A stretch of 64,000 nt of DNA, taken from assembly GCA_965242525.1 (NCBI GenBank), contig OZ251459.1:1344001-1408000 (forward strand). The letters are read 5' to 3'. The stretch is from an uncultured Candidatus Binatia bacterium. Lineage in GTDB: Bacteria; Desulfobacterota; Binatia; UBA9968; JAJDTQ01. The notes beneath the pieces were generated by a model, which saw only the letters and a list, made by a program, of their open reading frames with translations, made no database searches and was not told where the DNA came from. This document shows positions 47,479-57,178 of the stretch, piece by piece. Every line of letters begins with the position of its first letter. Position 1 is the stretch's first letter. Made by a program: the position numbers and the translations under genes.

Positions 47479-47661
47479 GGAGACCCTGAACAACCGGGCA
47501 GGGGGCATGAGCGCGTCCTTCGACTCCGCTTCGCTACGCTCAGGATGAACGGAGGTCTCCGCTTCGCTACGCTCAGGACGAACGGAGATGAGGACGAACC
47601 GGAGGCAGGAGGGTCAGCGTGAGGGGATCCATCCGCCATGTCTCGATTGTCCAGACGTTCC
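47479..47661. mobile_element. MITE-A full copy with internal duplication, TSD GAAA
   Basis: Ends GGAGACCCTGAACAACCGGG / TGTCTCGATTGTCCAGACGTTCC; GAAA on both sides. Confidence 0.88.
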
Positions 47662-47803
47662 GAAAGAGTGTCATCGAGACAAGCGCGTCAGCCACGGTCG
47701 CGTCGCCGGAGGGTGTCTGACGCTTCGCACCCCCGTTCCATGCGTCTCCGTTGGAGAGGCGTGACGCCGGGCGCGCCCGGGTAGAACACTGCGCCGCGCC
47801 TCC

Positions 47804-48682
47804 TCATGGGTCCAGGCGGCCGGCCTGCTCCAGGAAGGGCGCGAGCCGGCGGACCGCGGCCACGCCGCTGCCGGTGGCCGCCTCCATCACCCGCAACACG
47901 ATGCGCCGCATGCCCGCGGCGCGGTAGCGGCTCATATCATCCAGCGCGGGAAAGCCGTCATCGGGGGTCAGGACCACCGAGAACTCGATGGCGTCGGGGT
48001 CGCGGCCGCGCTCCCTGGCGGCGCGCCGCACGCTGGCCACCGCGTCCGCGGCCTGTTCCACCGGCAGGTCTCCCGGACACCAGCCGTCCGCGTACCGGGC
48101 CACCCGCGCGGGGGCGTAGCGGGGGTCGTGGACCCCCAGGTAGATGGGAGGATGGGGTTTCTGCAGGGGCTTGGGAAACACGCGCACGGGCGGGAAGCGG
48201 ACGAACTCCCCGTCGTGGGAGGCTTCGTCCCGGGTCCACAGGGCCTTCAGGGCCTCGACCCCCTCGCGCAGCGCCTGCCACCGACGCTGGAACCGGACCC
48301 CCATGATCTCCGCTTCTTCCGGGAACCAGCCCGCGCCCACCCCCATGATGAAACGCCCGCGGCTCTGGAGGTCGAGGGTCGCGGCCGCCTTGGCCGTGGC
48401 GATGACGTCGCGCTGGGGCAGGATGCAGATTCCGGTGGCCACCCGCAGCCGCTCCGTGGCCTGGGCCGCCATGGCCGCGGCGATGAAGGGGTCCGGCAGG
48501 TGCGCGAAGGACTCGGGGACGCTGCCGTCCGCGGTGCGCTTGTAGCGAGTCCGGTAATGCACCGGTATCAGCATGTGCTCCGGAAACCAGAGGGACTCGA
48601 AACCCAGGGTCTCGGCTTCCCTGGCGATGTCGCCCACGGCGCCCGACTGCTCCGTCGAAAACAGCGATAGACCCAGCTCCAT
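47804..48682 (-). CDS. LLM-class (putative F420-dependent) oxidoreductase
   Basis: GFESLWFPEH, DPF, GVGAGWFPEE, PKPLQKPHPPI; start ATG 48682. Confidence 0.88.
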   Translation of the reverse strand: MELGLSLFSTEQSGAVGDIAREAETLGFESLWFPEHMLIPVHYRTRYKRTADGSVPESFAHLPDPFIAAAMAAQATERLRVATGICILPQRDVIATAKAAATLDLQSRGRFIMGVGAGWFPEEAEIMGVRFQRRWQALREGVEALKALWTRDEASHDGEFVRFPPVRVFPKPLQKPHPPIYLGVHDPRYAPARVARYADGWCPGDLPVEQAADAVASVRRAARERGRDPDAIEFSVVLTPDDGFPALDDMSRYRAAGMRRIVLRVMEAATGSGVAAVRRLAPFLEQAGRLDP

Positions 48683-48984
48683 GACACCCTCCCCACGCAA
48701 ATCCACCACCCAATAAGGGAAAATCTCGTTGGCACCCGAGGTGGAGCGAGCCAGGATGGAGTTGCAAGGGGAAAGAACCATCCCCAACGAGGTGCAAGTA
48801 TTATGAGGCAAGGGTTGTCGGGAATCCAGTACCGGGAAGAGCGAAGGCGGACGGGGACGAGGGGATTGGCGGGATTGGGGATGTATATGGAGATAGCAGA
48901 GGGGATGGGGTTGCGGGGGATGGTGGATTTGGGGATTGATGCAGGCGGGACGCCGTGGTATCTTCGTCGCTTTCTCGACCAGGT

Positions 48985-49028
48985 GCGTCCTTCGACTTCG
49001 CTCGGGACGGACGGAGATGGTCGTTCAG
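48985..49028. repeat. Degenerate MITE-A core
   Basis: GCGTCCTTCGACTTCGCTCGGGACGGACGGAGATGGTCGTTCAG. Confidence 0.6.
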
Positions 49029-49076
49029 CCCTGACTCTGCCCGGAACCCACCGGGTGTCCCGGAAGACCCCGCGCG

Positions 49077-50273
49077 ATGGATTACATTGATTCCCCCCCT
49101 CCCGGTAGCCGGTTCCGCCGTGCACTCTGCCTCATTAGATGGAATGCGCTCATCATCGTCGCGGGGGTCGCGCTGGTGGGGTTGGCCGGAGAAGTCTGGT
49201 TCCGCCTGACCGTGCCGCCCATGAAATCGAGCCGCCCCCTGGAGTTCGTCCCGAACGTGGGCTATCTCAGACCGCCGAACACGGAGATACTCCATACCAA
49301 CAACCTCGACTACTGGAACGCCTCCCGCACCAACAGCCTGGGCTTCCTCGACCGGGAACCCCCGAGCCCCGAACGCGCCGCAGCAACCTGCCATATATCC
49401 ATCATCGGCGACTCCTTCGTGGAGGCGACGGAGGTCCCCATCGACCGCAAGCTCCAGGTTCGCCTCGAAGAACTCGCCGCCAGCCGGTTGCCCCGCCTGG
49501 ACGTCACGACCTCGGCCTTCGGGTTGAGAAATACCGGCCAGATCCAGCAACTGCCGTTCTACGACGAATATGCCCGACGCCTCCACCCCAAACTGCTCGT
49601 GCTGGTCTTCGTCGACAATGATTTCATGGACAACACACCGGCTCTGAAGGCACTGAGAGGACGTCCCTTGGAGCCCATCGTGAGAAAACGCTCAGACGGG
49701 GAGTTCCAAGTGGCATACCCCCCCCCCCCCCCCCCCCAAGACCGGCTTCCAGTGGGTTCCTTGCCCCGGACCTCGTGGACCGCCCGCGCCGGAAAGGATG
49801 CCATTGCCCATTCAAGGTTTGCCGTCTGGTTGTACCGCAAGATCAACACCTCCATCCACGTTGTCGAGAAGCCGAGGCAGCAGCCCGGCCGCCGTGCCGC
49901 GCTGCGCCAAGCCGCCATGTCCAAAGGATGGTTCGAGGACGCCCTGCCATATACCCGCTTCGCGCTGGAGCAGTTCAAGCAGCGCGCCGACCGCGACGGC
50001 GTCAAACTGGTCATCCTGGCGATACACAGACTGAAGCTCCCCGGACTGAAACTCCCCGGAAAACACCGGATGTTCGAGCGATTGAGCCAAATGGCCGCTA
50101 CCCTCCATATTCCCGTCATCGACCAGGCCGACTACATCCTGCGCCAAGGCGCCAAACTCACGGACGCTCACTGGCCCCACGACGGCCACTGGAACCCCAC
50201 CGGCCACCAATGGGCCGCAGAGGCCCTGCTCGAATACATCGAGCAACGCCCGGAAGTCTGCGACGGGAGTTGA
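49077..50273 (+). CDS. Membrane-anchored SGNH/GDSL-like (AlgX/AlgJ-like) protein
   Basis: N-terminal TM, NSLGF, IGDSFVE, DGHWNPTGH; contains a C20 tract. Confidence 0.78.
   Translation: MDYIDSPPPGSRFRRALCLIRWNALIIVAGVALVGLAGEVWFRLTVPPMKSSRPLEFVPNVGYLRPPNTEILHTNNLDYWNASRTNSLGFLDREPPSPERAAATCHISIIGDSFVEATEVPIDRKLQVRLEELAASRLPRLDVTTSAFGLRNTGQIQQLPFYDEYARRLHPKLLVLVFVDNDFMDNTPALKALRGRPLEPIVRKRSDGEFQVAYPPPPPPQDRLPVGSLPRTSWTARAGKDAIAHSRFAVWLYRKINTSIHVVEKPRQQPGRRAALRQAAMSKGWFEDALPYTRFALEQFKQRADRDGVKLVILAIHRLKLPGLKLPGKHRMFERLSQMAATLHIPVIDQADYILRQGAKLTDAHWPHDGHWNPTGHQWAAEALLEYIEQRPEVCDGS
49718..49737 (+). repeat. C20 homopolymer in coding sequence
   Basis: TAC CCC x6 CAA (YPPPPPPQ). Confidence 0.85.
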
Positions 50274-50390
50274 GGAAGCGGTGTACCGGTTGATGGCGTC
50301 CGCGCCCACGCCGGCCGTTGTCTTCCCGCGGCGTTCCCGCTATACGCTAATGGCCTGCAAGGAACGCAACATCGCACTCGACCTCGTTAC

Positions 50391-50523
50391 GGAACCCTGA
50401 ACGATCGAGACATCCAGGATGGATTCCCTCGCCTTGACACTCCTGTTCCCGTTCGTACCGAGCGTAGCGAAGCGGAGTCGAAGGACGCCTCGCGCCTCCC
50501 TGTCCCGATTGTCCAGGGGTTCC
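50391..50523. mobile_element. MITE-A full copy (133 bp)
   Basis: GGAACCCTGAACGATCGAGACA / TGTCCCGATTGTCCAGGGGTTCC; flanks TTAC/TTCC. Confidence 0.88.
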
Positions 50524-50542
50524 TTCCGCCGCGGAGAATAAC

Positions 50543-51724
50543 ATGCCCGAGCCATCGGCAGGAACCCGGACGTTCACCCGAACTCTCGAAAGGGACGAGA
50601 CCCTGGTCCGCATAGGGTGGGAGGACTGGCTCGCCATGCCCCCGCCCGACGAGGACGGCGAGTTCACCGTCGCCGAGGTGGTGGAGCGCTACCGCCGCAA
50701 CGGCTACGAGTGGGACATGCACGGCTCCCTGTACACTCCAGCCAGGGAGCGGGGCGATCGCCCGGCCTTCGTGGTGTTCCACGGCGGCGGGGCCAACGAG
50801 AAAGTGATGGACGCGACCCCCGACGGACGCCCGGGCCTGGCCCGAAGACTGGCGGCCCAGGGGTACACGGTGCTGGCGCTGAGCTATCCGGGCCTGTGGC
50901 CGCCGGGAGGGGAATGGACCCGACCCATCGCGGAGCGGACGCCCATCTACATCCTGGACGCCGACACCGACGAGGAGGAACTCCACGACCGCCTGCTCAA
51001 GTGCACGTTCAACGTGATCCTCCAGGGCGCCGGACTCCTCACCGACCGGCACCTGCGCGGCCGGCGGCTCATCGCCTTCGGCCATTCCACCGGCGGACCC
51101 ATGGCCGCCCATCTGACGCGGTTCGCCCGGGAAGCGAAAGTGGTCGGCATCGTCGGCTGGGGCAGCGGCGGGCCGGACGGCTGGCGCCGGGAATGGCGGG
51201 AGGCCACGGGCATGGAGTCTCCCAAGCCCTACGACTTGGCGCAGATCTCCCGGCGCACGGTGGCCGCGTACCGGAAGTCCCATTACGAAGACCTGCCGGA
51301 GTTGACGCCCTGGGGGCGGATGGAGGACTTCTTCCGGCTCACCGAGAAGACCCGCCCCCAGATCAAGATCGGCCTGAGGGACAACCAGCACAACGTGTTC
51401 CCCGAGCGGCTGGAAGAATACGTCCGGGCCACCGGGCTGCCGCGGGACGAGTATTTCGACCACCTGCAGGACCCCCCGTCCCAATGGCTCGCCGACCTCA
51501 AGGTCCTGCTCATGGTGGGAGAGAACGACCACGGCCACTGGATCGGCGGCAAGGGCCTCGGCGACAAGCGGGAGATGTTCATGGCCGGGAAGTACGCCGG
51601 GGCCGGCGCCAGAGTGCGCGTGGGGCTGGTTCCCAAGTACACCCACATGGGCCATTGGGCGCTGTACAACGAGAAGATCGCCTACGCTTGGCTGTGGGCG
51701 CTCGAGACCGGCTACTTCGACTAA
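50543..51724 (+). CDS. Alpha/beta-hydrolase fold protein
   Basis: FHGGG, GHSTGG nucleophile elbow, VGEND, THMGH. Confidence 0.75.
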   Translation: MPEPSAGTRTFTRTLERDETLVRIGWEDWLAMPPPDEDGEFTVAEVVERYRRNGYEWDMHGSLYTPARERGDRPAFVVFHGGGANEKVMDATPDGRPGLARRLAAQGYTVLALSYPGLWPPGGEWTRPIAERTPIYILDADTDEEELHDRLLKCTFNVILQGAGLLTDRHLRGRRLIAFGHSTGGPMAAHLTRFAREAKVVGIVGWGSGGPDGWRREWREATGMESPKPYDLAQISRRTVAAYRKSHYEDLPELTPWGRMEDFFRLTEKTRPQIKIGLRDNQHNVFPERLEEYVRATGLPRDEYFDHLQDPPSQWLADLKVLLMVGENDHGHWIGGKGLGDKREMFMAGKYAGAGARVRVGLVPKYTHMGHWALYNEKIAYAWLWALETGYFD

Positions 51725-51725
51725 G

Positions 51726-51835
51726 GGAACGTCGGATCAAATCCGGCTCGAGTTTCCTTTCACTATGGAAAAGCGCGTCCTTCGACTTCGCTTCGCTACG
51801 CTCAGGACGAACGGGGATCGTTGCTCAGGGTTTCC
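51726..51835. mobile_element. MITE-A2 full copy (110 bp)
   Basis: GGAACGTCGGATCAAATCCGGCTCG... / GCTCAGGGTTTCC; flanks TAAG/CAAG. Confidence 0.85.
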
Positions 51836-51901
51836 CAAGAGCCTGTCCGAGCCGCGGAGCGTTTGACGCGATACGCGCCAACGTTTTCCCGGAGGTTCCC
51901 C

Positions 51902-52711
51902 ATGCCCTTGCTCAGCGTCAGCGACACCCAACTGTATTACGAGGTCCACGGCCAGGGAGAGCCGTTCCTCTTCCTCAGCGAGACCCATTGCGACGGAGAG
52001 GTGTGGAAGATCCACCAGACCCAGGAGTTCTCGCGAGACCACCGGGTCATCACCATGGACTACCGGGGCACGGGCCGGTCCGGGAAGCCCTCCGTCCCCT
52101 ACACCACGCAGACCTTCGCCGACGACGCCATGGCGCTGCTGGACCACCTGGAGGCCCGGAAGGCCGTCGTCTGCGGCCACTCCATGGGGGGCCGGGTCGC
52201 CCAGGTCATGGCCCTCGACCATCCCGACAGGGTCAAGGCCCTGGTACTGGCCTCCACCGGCGCCGCCTATCCCGAAACCAAGGGCATTCCCCTCCAGATC
52301 GCCACCGAAATGGTGGAATGGGGTTACGAGAAATACGTCCGGGACCATTCCATCCTGGTAGGCTTCACCGAAGAGTTCGCCCGTCGCCACCCGGACAAGG
52401 TGGAACGCTACCTGCGCGTCCGCATGGCCAACATGGGCCCGGTGGAGTTCTACTTCCGTCACGTGCTGGCCCGGCAGGGACACGACACCGGCGGCCGGCT
52501 CCACGAGATCAAGGCCCCTACCCTGATCCTGGTGGGCGAGGACGACCGCAACGTCACCAGCGACGTGTCCCATCGGACTTCCGCGGAGATCCTGGAGAAA
52601 GGCATACCGGGCGCCCGGCTCGTGGTGCTGCCGGGAGAACGGCACAGCTACTTCTTCGCCAACCCGGACGCCGCCCACGCCGCCATGCGGGAGTTCCTGG
52701 CGCAGGTCTGA
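51902..52711 (+). CDS. Alpha/beta hydrolase (enol-lactonase-like)
   Basis: DYRGTGRS, GHSMGG, PTLILVGEDD; start ATG 51902. Confidence 0.88.
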   Translation: MPLLSVSDTQLYYEVHGQGEPFLFLSETHCDGEVWKIHQTQEFSRDHRVITMDYRGTGRSGKPSVPYTTQTFADDAMALLDHLEARKAVVCGHSMGGRVAQVMALDHPDRVKALVLASTGAAYPETKGIPLQIATEMVEWGYEKYVRDHSILVGFTEEFARRHPDKVERYLRVRMANMGPVEFYFRHVLARQGHDTGGRLHEIKAPTLILVGEDDRNVTSDVSHRTSAEILEKGIPGARLVVLPGERHSYFFANPDAAHAAMREFLAQV

Positions 52712-52733
52712 CGAAGCCTCGCACCGGACGGAA

Positions 52734-52864
52734 GGAACCTCCGGACAATCGAGACGCCGGGATGGATTCCCTCATCCTGACCCCTGCCTCCGTTCGTCCT
52801 GAGCGTAGCGAAGCGGAGTCGAAGGACGCGCTCACGCCTCCTGTCCCGGTTTTCCAGGGGTTCC
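52734..52864. mobile_element. MITE-A full copy (131 bp), TSD GGAA
   Basis: GGAACCTCCGGACAATCGAGAC / TGTCCCGGTTTTCCAGGGGTTCC; GGAA on both sides. Confidence 0.88.
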
Positions 52865-52873
52865 GGAAAGGCT

Positions 52874-53812
52874 TCAAGCCCCGAGGATCTCGTTGACCTC
52901 TGCCAACTCCGCGGGCGTGAGCGCCCAATCCGCAGCCTTGGCGTTGTCCCGGACCTGATCCAGGCGGGTGGCGCCGGAAATGACCGAGCAGACCTGCGGC
53001 TGGGCGAGCAGCCAGCACTGGGCCAACTCGTTCAATCCCCGTCCCCGGGCTTCGGCCCACGATTGCAGGCGTTCCACCACGTCGTAGCGGTGGTCGGTCA
53101 TGTATTGCTGCACGTAGCCGTGGCTCTCGCCCCGGGAGCCGGGCGGCGGCTTCCGGCCCCGGAGGTACTTGCCGGTCAGGAAACCTCCGGCCAGCGGGAA
53201 ATAGGGCACGAAGCCCACGCCGTGGGCCCGGCAGTAGGGCAACACCTCGCGCTCGACCCCTCTCTCCAGCATGTGGTAGTGGGACTGGAGCACGGCGAAC
53301 GCGGTCCAGCCGCGGACCTCGGCCAGCAGGTTGGCGTGGGCCAGTTGCCACGACGCGAAGTCCGACGCGCCGACGTAGCGAACCTTCCCCTGGCGGACGA
53401 GGTCGTCCAGCGCCCGCAGGGTCTCCCCGATGGGCGTGCGGTCGTCCCAACGGTGGACGTAATACACGTCGATACGGTCGCTCCGGAGGCGCCGGAGGCT
53501 TCCTTCCACCGCGTTCATCAGGTGGTAGCGCGACGCGCCCCGGTCGTTGGGTCCTTCACCCGTGGGAAAGAAGAACTTGGTGGCCACCACGAAGCGGTCC
53601 CGGCGGCCTTGCAGCGCGCTCCCCAGGGTTTCCTCGGAACGCCCCTCCTGGTAGCTGTTGGAGGTGTCGATGAAGTTGATGCCGAGGTCCACCGCGGCAT
53701 CGAGGACGTCCGCCACCCGCCCTGCCGGCAAGACCGGCGAGCCGAACCGGTTCGTCCCGAGACCGATGGCCGAGACGCGGACGCCCGACGACCCGAGATG
53801 GCGATACTCCAT
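52874..53812 (-). CDS. Aldo/keto reductase
   Basis: MEYRHLGSSG, FIDTSNSY, VATK, GKVRYVGAS, PLAGGFLTGKY; start ATG 53812. Confidence 0.93.
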   Translation of the reverse strand: MEYRHLGSSGVRVSAIGLGTNRFGSPVLPAGRVADVLDAAVDLGINFIDTSNSYQEGRSEETLGSALQGRRDRFVVATKFFFPTGEGPNDRGASRYHLMNAVEGSLRRLRSDRIDVYYVHRWDDRTPIGETLRALDDLVRQGKVRYVGASDFASWQLAHANLLAEVRGWTAFAVLQSHYHMLERGVEREVLPYCRAHGVGFVPYFPLAGGFLTGKYLRGRKPPPGSRGESHGYVQQYMTDHRYDVVERLQSWAEARGRGLNELAQCWLLAQPQVCSVISGATRLDQVRDNAKAADWALTPAELAEVNEILGA

Positions 53813-54028
53813 GCTCGATACCTTTCCAGTCGATGAAGAAGTTGGTTCGTCCCGGCCCTGGCCTCTTCCCACTCGAATTCGTAGCTTACAGACGCATCCT
53901 ACGCCAACTCGCCCCGGAAGCCAACGGTCGGCGCTGCCGGCGGCTACGTCCCGCCGCTCAGGTTTGACCGTCTCCGGGCCGCGGTGATAGATTCGCCGCA
54001 CCAACGCAGGGGAGCCTCGGAGGTGGTC

Positions 54029-54793
54029 ATGCAGTGGGACATGGAGCGGGACAGCGCGTTCGTGACCGGCGGCGGCAGCGGCATCGGCCAAGCCGTCGCG
54101 CTCAGGCTGGGCGAGCAGAAGGTGCGGGTGGCGGTGAGCGACGTGGACTCGGCCAAGGCCGAGGAAACCGCGTCCCGGATCACCGCGGCCGGCGGCGCCG
54201 CGCTGCCGCTTGCCCTGGACGTCACCCGCCCGGACCAGGTGGAAGCCGCGGTGGCCAGGGCCCACGCCGAGTTCGGCGGCCTCGCCTACCTGGTGAACGT
54301 CGCCGGCATCTCCCAGCAGAAACCGGTGCACGAGATCAGCGACGCGGACTGGGCGCGCATGATCGACGTCCACCTGAACGGAACCTTCTACTGCATACGC
54401 GCGGTCCTGCCGCGGATGATGGAAGCCGGGTTCGGCGCCATCGCGAGCCTTTCCTCCATGCACGGTCTCAGAGGCCAGGAATTCGCGTCCCACTACTCCG
54501 CGGCCAAGGCCGGCATCGCCGCCCTCACCAAGTCCGCGGCCCGCGAGGTCGCGGGACACGGCATCCGCATCAACGCCCTTGCCCCGGGCCCCATCGACAC
54601 CCCCATGTGGCGCCGCGGACTCACCGGAGACGCCCTGGAACAGCGGCGGTCGGAACGTTCCAGGGTCGTGCCCATGGGACGGCTCGGCCAACCGGACGAG
54701 GTGGCCGACTTGGCCCTGTTCCTGCTGAGCCCCGCGAGCAGCTACATGACCGGGCAGGTGGTGGGGGTCAACGGCGGCGAGCTGATGCCGTAA
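54029..54793 (+). CDS. SDR family oxidoreductase
   Basis: TGGGSGIG, NVAG, YSAAK, PGPIDT. Confidence 0.93.
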   Translation: MQWDMERDSAFVTGGGSGIGQAVALRLGEQKVRVAVSDVDSAKAEETASRITAAGGAALPLALDVTRPDQVEAAVARAHAEFGGLAYLVNVAGISQQKPVHEISDADWARMIDVHLNGTFYCIRAVLPRMMEAGFGAIASLSSMHGLRGQEFASHYSAAKAGIAALTKSAAREVAGHGIRINALAPGPIDTPMWRRGLTGDALEQRRSERSRVVPMGRLGQPDEVADLALFLLSPASSYMTGQVVGVNGGELMP

Positions 54794-54825
54794 ACGGCCC
54801 CCGGCGGCTGCCGAGCGCTACGCCG

Positions 54826-55060
54826 GGGACCCTTGGACAATCGAGACAGGGGGCATGAGCACGTCCTTCGACTTCGCTACGCTCAGGACGAACGGGGATA
54901 GAGGGTCAGGGTGAGGGGATCCATCCCGGCGCCCCGTAACATTCGCTCTGTCAGCATGGATAGGTCGCGAGACATGTTTGCCCTGCATGATGGGATGTTC
55001 CACGCCAGTGACTTGGTCGCTGTTGCAGGATACTGGATACCTCGATCGTTCAGAGGTTCC
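54826..55060. mobile_element. MITE-A full copy interrupted by MITE-B
   Basis: GGGACCCTTGGACAATCGAGACA / CTCGATCGTTCAGAGGTTCC; removing 54930-55036 restores the CCATCCCGGAT..CTCGAT consensus. Confidence 0.85.
54930..55032. mobile_element. MITE-B second copy (103 bp, inverted, diverged)
   Basis: Aligns end to end with the reverse complement of 46356-46458; flanks CCGG/CTGG. Confidence 0.85.
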
Positions 55061-55061
55061 G

Positions 55062-56111
55062 TCAGTCGTTGCCGAACAGCGGGAGTTGCGGGGTATCGGT
55101 CCGGAACGACGCGGTGGACAGGCTCCAGGTCCTGTGCGGCAGGCCGGCTTTGCGGCAGGCGGCCCGGAACAGCCCCTTCAGTTGCTCCGCGAAGATCCCC
55201 TGCCCTTTCATCCGGGCGCCGAAGCCGGTTTCGTTGAGGCGGCCGCCGCGGACATCGCGGATGCGGTGCAACACCTTCTCCTTGCGTTCGGGGAAGTGCT
55301 CTTCCAGCCAGCCTTCGAACAGGTCCTTGACCCCGAAAGGCAGCCGCAGCATCGTATAGCCGGCGCACCCGGCGCCGGCTTCCGCGGCAGCCTCCAGGAT
55401 GGCCGGCACCTCGTGGTCGTTGAGGGCCGGGATCACCGGCGCCACCAGCACGCCCACCGGGATACCGGCGCGGCTCAGGGCGCGGATGGCGTCCAGGCGC
55501 AGCCCGGGTTGCGAAGCACGGGGCTCCATCCTGCCGCAAAGGTCCCGGTCCAGGGTCGTGACCGAGACGAACACCAAGGCCGCGTCGTGGGCCGCCAACT
55601 CCCCGAGCAGGTCCAGGTCCCGGGTCACCAGGTGGTTCTTGGTCACGATGGCCACCGGGTTGCGGAACGCGGCAAGCACCTCGAGGCAACCCCGCGTGAG
55701 CTCCAGCCGACGCTCCACCGGCTGGTAAGGGTCGGTCACGCCGCACAGGGCGATCACCTGCGGCTTCCACCGGGGCGACGCCAGTTCCGCCCGCAGCAAC
55801 TCCGGCGCCTTCTCCTTGACCAGGATCTTGGATTCGAAATCCAGGCCCGCGGAGAACCCCAGGTATTCATGCGTGGGACGGGCGTAGCAGTAGATGCAAC
55901 CGTGCTCGCAACCCCGGTACGGGTTGACGCTGGCCTCGAAGCCCACGTCGGGACTGTCGTTGTAGGAGATGATCGACCGGGAGAGGTCCCTCAGGAGCGT
56001 GGTGCGAGGCCCGTCCGACGGTTCGTCCGGGACCAGGGAGATGGCCTCGAAACGGTTCCGGGGGTTGTCAAGGCTCCCTCGTCCGCCGGCGACTCTCGGT
56101 CTGCTGGTCAT
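55062..56111 (-). CDS. Radical SAM protein, PA0069 family
   Basis: NPYRGCEHGCIYCYARPTHEY, TDPYQP, LRLP. Confidence 0.92.
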   Translation of the reverse strand: MTSRPRVAGGRGSLDNPRNRFEAISLVPDEPSDGPRTTLLRDLSRSIISYNDSPDVGFEASVNPYRGCEHGCIYCYARPTHEYLGFSAGLDFESKILVKEKAPELLRAELASPRWKPQVIALCGVTDPYQPVERRLELTRGCLEVLAAFRNPVAIVTKNHLVTRDLDLLGELAAHDAALVFVSVTTLDRDLCGRMEPRASQPGLRLDAIRALSRAGIPVGVLVAPVIPALNDHEVPAILEAAAEAGAGCAGYTMLRLPFGVKDLFEGWLEEHFPERKEKVLHRIRDVRGGRLNETGFGARMKGQGIFAEQLKGLFRAACRKAGLPHRTWSLSTASFRTDTPQLPLFGND

Positions 56112-56158
56112 CCGTTCCCGACGCCCCCTTCACGCCGCTGTCCTGTTGGACCATACCA

Positions 56159-56261
56159 GGAAACCCTGAACAAACGAGTCATGGATGGGGGGCTTCTTCC
56201 ACCCTGCTCATCCTTTCCCCGTTCGTCCTGAGCGTAGCGAAGCGAAGTCGAAGGACGCGCT
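56159..56261. mobile_element. MITE-A partial copy (right TIR missing)
   Basis: GGAAACCCTGAACAAACGAGTCA...core ending GAAGGACGCGC. Confidence 0.8.
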
Positions 56262-56271
56262 TCGGACCGCC

Positions 56272-56874
56272 TCAGCCCTTGCCGGGCTCGATGCGCCACT
56301 GCCTGAACTTGGCGTCGGTAGCGCCGCACGGCGCAAGCTCCAGGCTGCGGGACATGAACGGCCCGGCCGTCCTGCTGGCGGACCCCACCGCAAGACAGAG
56401 GGCCCCGTCGCCCGCAGGCCGGAACTCCAGGGTCTCGCGGTCGTAGTCGAACCGCTGCTCGGGGGAGTCGTCGGAGCAGTCCACCAACCCCAGGGAGACC
56501 CCCGCGGCCGCGGGCGCCGTCAGGGTCGCGCACTTGCCGGAGTAGGTGGCGGAAGCGATCCGCCGCGCCGCCTCGTCGTAAGAGAACTGCACGTCCCCGC
56601 CGCGGGGCTTGCACGAATGCGCGTGCAGCCTCTCGCCGAAACCCCGTCCCACCGTGTCGATGCAGAACCCCAGGTCGTCCTGCTCGTCCAGGTTGTCCGC
56701 CAGGTAGATCACCGGCGCCGGCGTCTGCAAGGCCGGGGGCGCCGCGGACACCCACAGCGGCGCGCACACCAGCAGGAACGCCGCCAACCCCGCAACCAGC
56801 CGTCCGTGAGCGGCCAAGGGTCCATGCGGCCGAGTCGCCTCGACAAGGGTTTCCGGTTCACCGTTCGTCTTCAT
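56272..56874 (-). CDS. Secreted ricin-type beta-trefoil domain protein
   Basis: Signal/TM segment; FCID, HSCK, QF, KCAT, DC, QRF, LCL, PC...QW pattern; start uncertain. Confidence 0.72.
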   Translation of the reverse strand: MKTNGEPETLVEATRPHGPLAAHGRLVAGLAAFLLVCAPLWVSAAPPALQTPAPVIYLADNLDEQDDLGFCIDTVGRGFGERLHAHSCKPRGGDVQFSYDEAARRIASATYSGKCATLTAPAAAGVSLGLVDCSDDSPEQRFDYDRETLEFRPAGDGALCLAVGSASRTAGPFMSRSLELAPCGATDAKFRQWRIEPGKG

Positions 56875-56896
56875 GGGGTCACCTCGCTTCCCTGAA

Positions 56897-57178
56897 TTAC
56901 TCGATCTCCCGGTTGCGCACGAGGGTCGTCCGGTAAGCAGACTCCAAACCTGCCCACACGTGGGCGCCAATGTCGAGGACGCGCTCCAGTTCCAGCGCCG
57001 TCTCCTGAGTAATGGCCTTCTTGCCCCGGATGATCTCGTTCACAGCCTGCACCGGGCGCCCGAGGGCGATGGCCAACTGAGCCTGACTCATTCCCAACGC
57101 TTCGATTTCCTCCTGGAGAACCTCCCCCGGAGGAATGGGCAGGTCGGACCAAGCCCTCGTTACGGCAGTCCTACTCAT
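56897..57178 (-). CDS. higA: HigA-family antitoxin (orphan)
   Basis: PPGEVLQEEIEALGMSQAQLA..GRP...NEIIRGKKAIT.ETAL.LE; true start ATG 57178. Confidence 0.85.
   Translation of the reverse strand: MSRTAVTRAWSDLPIPPGEVLQEEIEALGMSQAQLAIALGRPVQAVNEIIRGKKAITQETALELERVLDIGAHVWAGLESAYRTTLVRNREIE

Noticed and set aside
47402-47661. MITE 77 bp from the protospacer as evidence of RNA-guided (CAST-like) insertion
   Set aside because: It lies on the PAM-proximal side, has a 4-bp rather than 5-bp TSD, no Tn7 genes are present, and MITE-A density makes proximity unsurprising.
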